Shown here piece by piece: positions 10,109 to 17,765 of a stretch of 64,000 bases of DNA (the first letter of the stretch is position 1; each line of letters starts with the position of its first letter). The DNA comes from a virus. Its lineage: Duplodnaviria > Caudoviricetes. The stretch spans positions 1 through 64,000 of the IMG/VR virus record IMGVR_UViG_3300032245_000902. One strand, given 5' to 3'. Made by a program: the position numbers and the translations under genes. The notes below the pieces were generated by a model. The model worked only from the letters and a program-made list of their open reading frames with translations. It made no database searches and was not told where the DNA came from.

Positions 10109-10833
10109 TTGACGTAATATTATATGTTGTATTGGTATCACATATAACAATGGCTTTTGTGTCACTCTATTTGCATAGACACCTAACACACAGACACTTT
10201 ATATTAAATAATACTTTTAGACATATCATTCGTTTTTATTTGTGGTTAACCGATGGAGTTATTGCAAAGACATGGGTTGCACAACACAGAAAACACCATA
10301 GATATACGGATGTTCAAGGTGATCCACATTCACCTTTAATTATTGGAAAATGGAAGGTAATTTATACCAGTCTAATACCAAATTATGTTAAGTTATATGG
10401 TTATTATGATACCGATTGGGCACTAGAATATTATAGTAAAGGAACTCCGGATGATTGGATAGAAAAAAATATCTATGAAAAATATCCTAGGGTTGGTTTA
10501 AATATATTTTTGTTAATTAATATTTGTTTGTTCGGATTGGTTCCTGGATTTTTGGCATGGTTAGTTCATCTATTTTGGGTACCTTTTTGCACCACAGCCT
10601 CAATTACAGGTTTTGCTCATTTGTTTGGTTACAAACATCCCGATTCATCCGATAATAGCCACAATTTATTTCCAATAGGTGTATTGTTATGTGGAGATGA
10701 ATTACATAATAATCATCATAAGCAGCCTAATAATCCAAATTTTGCACACCGTTGGTTTGAATTTGATTTAACATATTGGTATGCTAGAATTTTTGCAAAG
10801 ATGGGTCTTTTGACCTTTACAAAAAATGATTGA
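10105..10833 (+). CDS. Membrane fatty-acid desaturase family protein (Delta9-like), copy 1
   Basis: His boxes HRHLTH, HRKHH, HNNHH; DPHSP; FEFD; TM helices. Confidence 0.9.
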   Translation: MIDVILYVVLVSHITMAFVSLYLHRHLTHRHFILNNTFRHIIRFYLWLTDGVIAKTWVAQHRKHHRYTDVQGDPHSPLIIGKWKVIYTSLIPNYVKLYGYYDTDWALEYYSKGTPDDWIEKNIYEKYPRVGLNIFLLINICLFGLVPGFLAWLVHLFWVPFCTTASITGFAHLFGYKHPDSSDNSHNLFPIGVLLCGDELHNNHHKQPNNPNFAHRWFEFDLTYWYARIFAKMGLLTFTKND

Positions 10834-11545
10834 ATATTTCATTTTGTATGTATTGATTACAACACATATCACAACAGTATTTTTTAGTTTGTATGTACAT
10901 AGGAGTTTAGCACACAAGCAATTTGAATTTCATCCTAAAATGGTTTCATTTATAAAATTTTGGTTGTGGTTGACCGATGGTTCCGGTGTGAGAGAATGGG
11001 TTGCAATACACCACGACCATCATAAGTATTCGGATAAAAAAGGTGACCCACATTTCTCATTTGTATCTGGATCAATATGGAACAGATTAAAGTCTATATT
11101 TGTTGTGTCGTTAAAATCCATATTTTTAGGTTATAGAAACTTTGCTACCGACCAACAAATTCAGTCATATGCAAATCACGTGTCTGGTGATTGGACTGAA
11201 AAATATCAAAGAATTGGTATTTTTATTTTACTAATTTTGAATATTATTCTGTTTGGTTATTGGGGCATATTGTCGTGGTTAATACAGATATCTTGGGCAA
11301 CCATTTGGTTAACAGTAATTGTGGCTATTGGAGCTCACCATTTTGGTTATCGTGAAAACGATTCTGATGATAACAGTAGAAATTTATGGCCTTTGGCAAT
11401 ACTGGTTGCAGGTGAAGAATTACACCACAATCACCACAAAAATACGAAAAATCCAAACTATAGAAATAAATGGTTTGAATTAGACTTAGGATGGCAATAC
11501 ATAAAAGTTCTAAGATTATTAGGATTAATTAAGATAAATACTTGA
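10826..11545 (+). CDS. Membrane fatty-acid desaturase family protein (Delta9-like), copy 2
   Basis: His boxes HRSLAH, HHDHH, HHNHH; GEELH; FELDLGW. Confidence 0.9.
   Translation: MIEYFILYVLITTHITTVFFSLYVHRSLAHKQFEFHPKMVSFIKFWLWLTDGSGVREWVAIHHDHHKYSDKKGDPHFSFVSGSIWNRLKSIFVVSLKSIFLGYRNFATDQQIQSYANHVSGDWTEKYQRIGIFILLILNIILFGYWGILSWLIQISWATIWLTVIVAIGAHHFGYRENDSDDNSRNLWPLAILVAGEELHHNHHKNTKNPNYRNKWFELDLGWQYIKVLRLLGLIKINT
11533..11540 (+). promoter_or_regulatory. Putative late promoter (GATAAATA)
   Basis: One mismatch to TATAAATA, 26 nt upstream of ATG 11567. Confidence 0.55.
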
Positions 11546-11566
11546 AAATAGTAAAAAGGTGAAAAA

Positions 11567-12469
11567 ATGACATTACCAGCTTCAGGACAAATAGGAATAT
11601 CAGATATTAATGTGGAAATAGGTCAAGCACCAACCTATTCCTCAAGCCTGAATTTTTTAAATAATCTGATTAAACCGGCCCAAAGACCAGCAGTTCCGGC
11701 CATTTCAGGTTTTTATTCTAAATCCTACTACCAAAGCACCACCGAAGGAAATTGTAATGCTGGAAATTGCAATTGTTCTGCTAATTGTGGTAATGTCAAC
11801 TGCAATCAATGTGCTTATGTCAGCACAATTAATTGTTCAAATTGTGATACACAATCTTGGTTACAAAGTGGAACAAACTGTGCATGTACCTACAATTGCA
11901 CATATGCTGAAACAAGTTATGCGTGTAATTGTACCTGTGCTTGTAGTAAAATTATTTGTACCAAATTATTCCAAATGGGTATGATGCCTTACGGTATATT
12001 TGTTGCAGACCAAGAATATGGTGAATGGCTTAAGAAGAATGACCGTGTTGTTTACAGAGGATATATTCGTTGGGCTAAAACTGTTACTGCATGGATGGAC
12101 GAAAAGGGTCCAGATTTCATGTTATGGGTATCTAAAGAAAACCGTAAACAAAAACAAAAAGAAGCAACCACAAAGTGGGCTCATTTAATTGTAACCCCTT
12201 GGTCTCACCACATGGCATATCTAATGGGTGCAGTTAAAACTGATGATGAAGTTGGTCGTTTATTAATGAAGATTGGTCGACCAATTTGCCGAGCTGTATT
12301 CTTACTACCAAAAGACTATGAATTGGGTTTATTGGGTTCATACATGATGTGGACACTATGTTTAGGTAGTTATGGCCTATCTAGTGCATATGTAAAAACC
12401 AAGACAAAATTAAAATCATTAAAAAATAATTTTATCAATAAAATTAAATTACTTTATCAAGGTCAATAA
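11567..12469 (+). CDS. Asn/Cys-rich protein: adhesin-like N-terminus, 15-Cys core, KIICT C-terminal domain; candidate radical SAM substrate
   Basis: N-terminus resembles ORF 5371; residues 63-126 hold 15 Cys; AAGGTG upstream of the start. Confidence 0.8.
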   Translation: MTLPASGQIGISDINVEIGQAPTYSSSLNFLNNLIKPAQRPAVPAISGFYSKSYYQSTTEGNCNAGNCNCSANCGNVNCNQCAYVSTINCSNCDTQSWLQSGTNCACTYNCTYAETSYACNCTCACSKIICTKLFQMGMMPYGIFVADQEYGEWLKKNDRVVYRGYIRWAKTVTAWMDEKGPDFMLWVSKENRKQKQKEATTKWAHLIVTPWSHHMAYLMGAVKTDDEVGRLLMKIGRPICRAVFLLPKDYELGLLGSYMMWTLCLGSYGLSSAYVKTKTKLKSLKNNFINKIKLLYQGQ

Positions 12470-12470
12470 T

Positions 12471-12827
12471 ATGACAAACTTTACTGCCGCTAATACAGAA
12501 ATTTTATCACCTAAAGATTTTGTCATACAAGATGTTGATGTTTATACTGAACACATGGATTATTATTTTGATGTTCAAATAAATGAAACAGCAAAACAAT
12601 TTTCTCCAGAAGAAAAAGATGAAATGTTTCACATGTTTCATGAACATTCTGATATCATTAAAAAATTAATTCACGCAAAAATTCCTTTGGTTGAATATGT
12701 GTTAGGAAATCCTTGGCCTCCAAAAGAAATTTTTGAAGATCCAAAATATGCACACATTAAAGTAAGAGAGTATGACTGTTGGTTAATTGCTGCATATGAA
12801 GAATGGAAAAAGTCTAAAGGGCTATAA
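12471..12827 (+). CDS. Hypothetical acidic protein
   Basis: 118-aa ORF starting 1 nt after the Cys-rich gene. Confidence 0.75.
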   Translation: MTNFTAANTEILSPKDFVIQDVDVYTEHMDYYFDVQINETAKQFSPEEKDEMFHMFHEHSDIIKKLIHAKIPLVEYVLGNPWPPKEIFEDPKYAHIKVREYDCWLIAAYEEWKKSKGL

Positions 12828-12841
12828 TTAAAAATAATATT

Positions 12842-13432
12842 ATGAACATAGTGAGAAATGATTGGTGGACTACACCAGTCTGGGAAATACAAACAGACTT
12901 TGACGAAAAATTTAATAATAATTTACTCAGAGAAGCAAATTCAAGTAACCACATTAATGTATGGAATAATGATACACCATGTATCAATGAACTGAAACAA
13001 TATACTATAGATATTGTAACACAACTGGCATCTCCTTACATCTCTCAAAACTTCCGAGATTTTACATTTTGGCACACTAATGGGTGGATAAATTATCTAC
13101 ACCCAGGTAAACATATGCCTATACATGGCCATGGTGGACCTAAGATTGCTTTGACATATTACATTAAAGCTCAAGAAAATTCTGGTGATTTACTTCTGAT
13201 TGATCCTAGAGGTGGTTGTGATTGGGACAATGGTACTGATGGAGTAAACGGTACAAAGTTCAAAAGAATTAAACCAGCAGAAAGTAAATTGGTATTTTTT
13301 CCTGGTTTTGTTTTACACACAATAGAATCCAATCAATCAAGTGAAACACGAGTATCTTTGTCCAGCAATTTAGGAACATTTGATAGTGATAATGTAACAA
13401 AGAAATTATACGATTCACTTAAAAATGAATAA
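12842..13432 (+). CDS. Putative 2OG-Fe(II) oxygenase (TIGR02466-like)
   Basis: W.N......HGH, YYIK, SGDL...DPR, LVFFP.F..H....N.S...RVSLS.N. Confidence 0.85.
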   Translation: MNIVRNDWWTTPVWEIQTDFDEKFNNNLLREANSSNHINVWNNDTPCINELKQYTIDIVTQLASPYISQNFRDFTFWHTNGWINYLHPGKHMPIHGHGGPKIALTYYIKAQENSGDLLLIDPRGGCDWDNGTDGVNGTKFKRIKPAESKLVFFPGFVLHTIESNQSSETRVSLSSNLGTFDSDNVTKKLYDSLKNE

Positions 13433-13973
13433 TCTATTTTGTAAACTAAACAAAAATTTTCTGATTAATGATTATGTTGTCTATGATATGCAACAACAAT
13501 TTGGTCAAGAAGATAATGGTGAATTCATTGGTATTCGGTATAGTAATGTTGATTTTAAAAATAAAAATGATATTATGAATATAATACCTAGAGCTTATCA
13601 CTCTTGTTTTTTTATGACAATCATGCGGATTAATACAACAATACCACCTCACACCGATAGTGGTATCAAATCAACAATTAATTTTTATATTAAAACAGAT
13701 GATTGTATCACACAATTTTATAAGTATAAAACAAACACACCAAAAAAACGGCAAATTGAAAATCAAACAAACGGTTACATATTTGATATAAATGATTTGG
13801 AAGAAATGGATTCTTTTCTTGCCAAACCTACCGAAGCATGGGTATTAAATGTATCAGAACCACATTCAGTTATACCAAAATATGAATTTAAAGATAGATT
13901 AGCTATTGCCTTATCTTCAGAATTAGATTATAATACGGTGTGTGATATATTAAAAGAAGAAGGACACCTGTAA
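13425..13973 (+). CDS. Cupin / 2OG-Fe(II) oxygenase-like protein
   Basis: IPPHTD, INFY, WVLNVSEPHSV, RLAIALS (HxD...H...R). Confidence 0.7.
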   Translation: MNNLFCKLNKNFLINDYVVYDMQQQFGQEDNGEFIGIRYSNVDFKNKNDIMNIIPRAYHSCFFMTIMRINTTIPPHTDSGIKSTINFYIKTDDCITQFYKYKTNTPKKRQIENQTNGYIFDINDLEEMDSFLAKPTEAWVLNVSEPHSVIPKYEFKDRLAIALSSELDYNTVCDILKEEGHL

Positions 13974-14755
13974 TGTTTTATGAAAAATTAGATTTTATTG
14001 AGTTTGATTTGGAAAAATTAAGAGATGATGTGAGAAACCATGTCTTTACTTTAGGCAACCAAGTATTACAAGGTGAAGAATTTGAAACTCCACAATATCA
14101 TGGATTTGGTGGTTGGAGTTTGTTAAGTAGAACTGGTGAATGGCAAGATGGTTTTGAATTCTTCCAAACTGGTGAGAATGAGGAATTTCAAGATGATTTT
14201 TTCCCTAAAGGTCAAAATAATTTTAAAGTATTAAAATATTTAAATGTTGCACATTCAATGGAGTATAAAAATCCTACACAGGCTTGTGTTGGTGAAATAA
14301 AAAATGTGATAGACCAAATTGAATCTTATGGTTTTTATCCTAGAAGAGCAAGAGTAACTTGCTTGCAAGCTGGTTGTAAATCATTGGTGCATAGTGATGG
14401 ACCACAATCAGAATATATTGCTCGTATTCACATACCTTTGTTTACAAATAAAAAGTGTGTTTTCATATGTGATGGTGTGGATTTACACATGGAAGCCGGA
14501 TCAGTTTACATGGTGTGGGTAAACACATGGCACCAAATAAGAAATGATTCAGATGAAGATAGATATCACATTATCATTGATGCTTATGATACAAAACATA
14601 TAACAAAGAATTTTAAATATGAAGGTGATATTAAACAGTTGGAACAATATGCAGAAGAATATAGAAAAAATTTAAATGAAACAATTGTTACTGAAGAAGA
14701 TATTATAAAATTTGAAAAGATAAAAGAAAAGTATATAACAAAAAATGACATTTAA
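13973..14755 (+). CDS. Aspartyl/asparaginyl beta-hydroxylase-like oxygenase
   Basis: RARVTCL..G.....HSD, RIHIPLFTN, HMEAGSVY.V.....HQIRN.S.EDRYHIIID. Confidence 0.8.
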   Translation: MFYEKLDFIEFDLEKLRDDVRNHVFTLGNQVLQGEEFETPQYHGFGGWSLLSRTGEWQDGFEFFQTGENEEFQDDFFPKGQNNFKVLKYLNVAHSMEYKNPTQACVGEIKNVIDQIESYGFYPRRARVTCLQAGCKSLVHSDGPQSEYIARIHIPLFTNKKCVFICDGVDLHMEAGSVYMVWVNTWHQIRNDSDEDRYHIIIDAYDTKHITKNFKYEGDIKQLEQYAEEYRKNLNETIVTEEDIIKFEKIKEKYITKNDI

Positions 14756-15413
14756 TTACTGCCCACCTAAATCATTACCAGACTTAAAGTCCGAAACCTT
14801 TCCTGACGGCAAGAGATACTATACATTAGAAGATGGTACAAAACTTCCATCGGTTACTACTGTGCTTGGCGCCCAAAAGAAGGCAGGTATTATGGCATGG
14901 CGTAAGAAGGTGGGTGAAGAAGAAGCTAACCGAGTATCGAGAATTGCAACAGGTCGTGGTACCGCAGTCCATACATTATGTGAGAATTATTTAAACAATA
15001 ATGATTTAGGTTCTGCAATGCCAGATGCACTTGAAATGTTCCTATCTCTCAAGCCATTACTTAATCGTATCAACAACATACATTACCAAGAGTGTGCATT
15101 GTGGTCCAAACAATTGGAGATGGCGGGTAGGGTTGATTGTATTGCTGAGTTCGATGGCAAGTTATCTGTGATTGACTTTAAGACCTCCAAGCGTGCCAAG
15201 ACAGAGGCACACATTGAGGATTACTTCTGGCAAACAACCGCATATGCCTTGATGTATGAGGAGATGATTGGTACACCTATTGATGATATCATTATTATTA
15301 TGGCTGTGGAGAATGACCTGCCATTAATATTTAAACAGAAAACCGCTGACCACATACCTGGATTGGTGAAAGCAATAAATTATTACAAAGAGAGTTCTAC
15401 AAAGCATAAATAA
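14745..15413 (+). CDS. PD-(D/E)XK exonuclease of T4-like phages
   Basis: PSVTTVL, RGT.VH...E, AGRVDCIAE, VIDFKTS, Q..AY. Confidence 0.85.
   Translation: MTFNYCPPKSLPDLKSETFPDGKRYYTLEDGTKLPSVTTVLGAQKKAGIMAWRKKVGEEEANRVSRIATGRGTAVHTLCENYLNNNDLGSAMPDALEMFLSLKPLLNRINNIHYQECALWSKQLEMAGRVDCIAEFDGKLSVIDFKTSKRAKTEAHIEDYFWQTTAYALMYEEMIGTPIDDIIIIMAVENDLPLIFKQKTADHIPGLVKAINYYKESSTKHK
15405..15412 (+). promoter_or_regulatory. Putative late promoter (CATAAATA)
   Basis: One mismatch to consensus; directly precedes a structured leader and ORF 15470. Confidence 0.55.
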
Positions 15414-15469
15414 AACACCAGCAACACACAAACCGCTGGTATACACACAACACACAGAAGGAGAAGTAA

Positions 15470-15748
15470 ATGAGTATGACACCCTACGAGATACGGCTAG
15501 AACTCTTAAAAATGGCCAAAGATATGCTCTCTGATGAGTATTACGGCAAAAGAGAAATTATATCAAACCAGTGGTCAACCAAGGTAGAAGAATCCAAAAT
15601 TAATGGAACAACTTCACCAGAACATCCAGGTTACCCATCATTCCCCACCGAAGAAGAAATTGTAAAGAAAGCGGAAGCTCTTAATCAATTTGTTTCTCAA
15701 ACCCCTCCACAACCTGAAGTTAAAATAAAATCGAAAACGAATTCGTAA
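15470..15748 (+). CDS. Hypothetical phage protein (PYEIRLELLKMA...A..L..FV type)
   Basis: Strong AAGGAG SD; 92 aa. Confidence 0.85.
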   Translation: MSMTPYEIRLELLKMAKDMLSDEYYGKREIISNQWSTKVEESKINGTTSPEHPGYPSFPTEEEIVKKAEALNQFVSQTPPQPEVKIKSKTNS

Positions 15749-15801
15749 TTGGAGACCAAGGCGGTCAGATGTTTGGCCGCCGTAATCAAAAAGGAAGAAA
15801 G

Positions 15802-16353
15802 ATGTCTTTCAACAAAAAAGTAACAAACAAGTTTTTAATTGGCACATCAATATTTTTAATTATAATTAATTTATTGGTACCTGCTGCCCAAGCGTATGCA
15901 CAAAATAACGAAAACTCAGTTGAGGTCGTTAGTGCCCATTTCAATTCAGAACTACAATGTCTTGCTGAAAATGTTTACTATGAATCATCCAAAGAATCAT
16001 TCGAAGGTAAACTAGCAGTAGCACAGGTCACAATGAACCGTGTAAATTCTGGTAAATTTCCATCCACAATTTGTGGTGTGGTAAAACAAAAGAGTGTCAT
16101 CAATGGTGTAATGGTATGCCAGTTCTCCTGGTTTTGTAATCAAGCATATATCAAACTGGTTCGTAACCCATACCAATGGGAAGAATCTTTGGTGGTTGCG
16201 AGAAAAGCCTTGACATCCGCCATTGCCCATGATACACTATATCATTCGAAAGCAATGTATTTCCATGCCAATTATGTTAATCCTAATTGGAACTTGACAA
16301 AGGTTACACAGATTGGTAACCATATATTTTATAAAGAGAAGAATAGAATTTAA
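15802..16353 (+). CDS. Cell wall hydrolase, SleB/Hydrolase_2 family, with N-terminal signal or TM segment
   Basis: CLAENVYYES, AVAQVTMNRV, FPSTICGVV.Q, CQFSW, YFHA.YV.P.W, IGNHIFY; AAGGAAG before ATG 15802. Confidence 0.9.
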   Translation: MSFNKKVTNKFLIGTSIFLIIINLLVPAAQAYAQNNENSVEVVSAHFNSELQCLAENVYYESSKESFEGKLAVAQVTMNRVNSGKFPSTICGVVKQKSVINGVMVCQFSWFCNQAYIKLVRNPYQWEESLVVARKALTSAIAHDTLYHSKAMYFHANYVNPNWNLTKVTQIGNHIFYKEKNRI

Positions 16354-16354
16354 T

Positions 16355-16576
16355 ATGCCAACTAAAGATGAGATCCGTGATTTTAGTATATTAGTAGAAG
16401 AACTTTCAACCAGATATCGTTGCAATAGAATGGATGCAATACTACAACATTGTAAAGATACTGGTTTGGAAGTTGAAGTGGCATCCACATTAATTTCTTC
16501 TGCATTGAAAGCAAAGATTAAAGAAGAAGCACAAGAATTAAATTTGATTAAGAAAAGTTCAAAGCTACCTATATGA
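16355..16576 (+). CDS. 33: Late transcription co-activator gp33
   Basis: F...VE.......MDAI..C....LE.E....LIS..LK.KI..EA..LN; lies upstream of gp59 and gp32; ATG at 16355. Confidence 0.85.
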   Translation: MPTKDEIRDFSILVEELSTRYRCNRMDAILQHCKDTGLEVEVASTLISSALKAKIKEEAQELNLIKKSSKLPI

Positions 16577-17148
16577 TTGAATTGGTACAAGTTACCACAC
16601 AAGAACAAAAGAATATTGTCAAAGAAATAATTGAAACTCATCACTCTTATGTGGCATCCAATTCATCGGTTGGTCGCAGAATAGATTGGCTGATTTATAT
16701 TGATGATGATATGTTGGGTGAGTGTATTGGTATGATTGGTGTTGGTTCATCTGTCTACCCACCACCCAAAGATATACTGAATTATCTTGGTGTATCAAAA
16801 TTTGAATACAAAGACCAGTTTAATAACATCGCCAACAACTGGAGGTTCTGTTTCTCTAAGTCGATTAAGAACGCAGGCACACAAGTATTAAAACAATTAC
16901 GGCAGAAGGCACCAATCGCATGGAAACAAAAATATGGTGATGATTTAAAACACATCATTACATTTGTTGGTGCAGGTAAGAATGGTGCAGTATACTTGGC
17001 AGATAATTGGAAGAAGATTGGTGAAACGGCAGGATTACCGGCACACAAAAGCAGTTCTATGAAATGGCATGATAATGCCGAATTGAAAAAGTTATTTGTT
17101 AAACCAACAGGCGAAAACAAAAAGATTATATTGATTAAATCGTTATGA
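16573..17148 (+). CDS. Mom-like / DUF4338 (DruA-like) GNAT-fold protein, possible DNA-modifying enzyme
   Basis: HHSY.....GR, NNWRF, and GAVY.A.NW..IG.T.G motif. Confidence 0.6.
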   Translation: MIELVQVTTQEQKNIVKEIIETHHSYVASNSSVGRRIDWLIYIDDDMLGECIGMIGVGSSVYPPPKDILNYLGVSKFEYKDQFNNIANNWRFCFSKSIKNAGTQVLKQLRQKAPIAWKQKYGDDLKHIITFVGAGKNGAVYLADNWKKIGETAGLPAHKSSSMKWHDNAELKKLFVKPTGENKKIILIKSL

Positions 17149-17765
17149 CAGAAAATACAGGTTTTGCGGCATACTCATTGTGGAATGCTTTAAAGTTACA
17201 TTTTACTTCCGATTCTTATGATTACTTTAAGTATAACGGAAAAACAAATGTATCTAAGCAGACATTTACCACTAACAAATCAAAATACCAATTCTATAAA
17301 CTATCTCGTAAATATGATTTGGAAGAATTAAAGAATTTCTATATTGCCAACTTTATAAAAGGCAATGGTGATTGGGTAGGTGACCTATTACAAGATGGTG
17401 ATGAGAACTATGCCAAGTGGCAAAAAATCCAACAGAGCTTGACATATACCTTTGAAAATGATATAATCTATATGTTTGATAGTGTTGATGGTGCTGAGTT
17501 CTGGCACATTGATGATTACTTCAAACCCATCGATGGTGGTTGGCCAATGTTAATTACCAAGATGATGCACGAAAAGATTTCATTAGAAACAGTTTGTATG
17601 TTAGTTGATATACTTGGTTGTATGCCAAAATGGGAAAAACAAATTACTGAAGATATTATTTGGCCGACACACCGAAGAATTATAAAGAAATATACACCGT
17701 TTATACAATACGATAAAGAAAAGTGTAAACAAATGTTAAAAGAGAAGATTAAACAATATGCCTGA
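17145..17765 (+). CDS. 59: Helicase loader gp59
   Basis: ALKLHFTS..YDYFKYNGK, F.KLSRKY, ISLET, KKY.PF. Confidence 0.9.
   Translation: MTENTGFAAYSLWNALKLHFTSDSYDYFKYNGKTNVSKQTFTTNKSKYQFYKLSRKYDLEELKNFYIANFIKGNGDWVGDLLQDGDENYAKWQKIQQSLTYTFENDIIYMFDSVDGAEFWHIDDYFKPIDGGWPMLITKMMHEKISLETVCMLVDILGCMPKWEKQITEDIIWPTHRRIIKKYTPFIQYDKEKCKQMLKEKIKQYA

Noticed and set aside
14745-15413. Cas4-like nuclease as evidence of a CRISPR system
   Set aside because: This is the usual PD-(D/E)XK exonuclease of T4-like phages; no four-Cys cluster pattern, no other cas genes and no array.
16573-17148. Druantia defence system
   Set aside because: Only a short DruA/Mom-like domain is present, with no DruE helicase or other dru genes.
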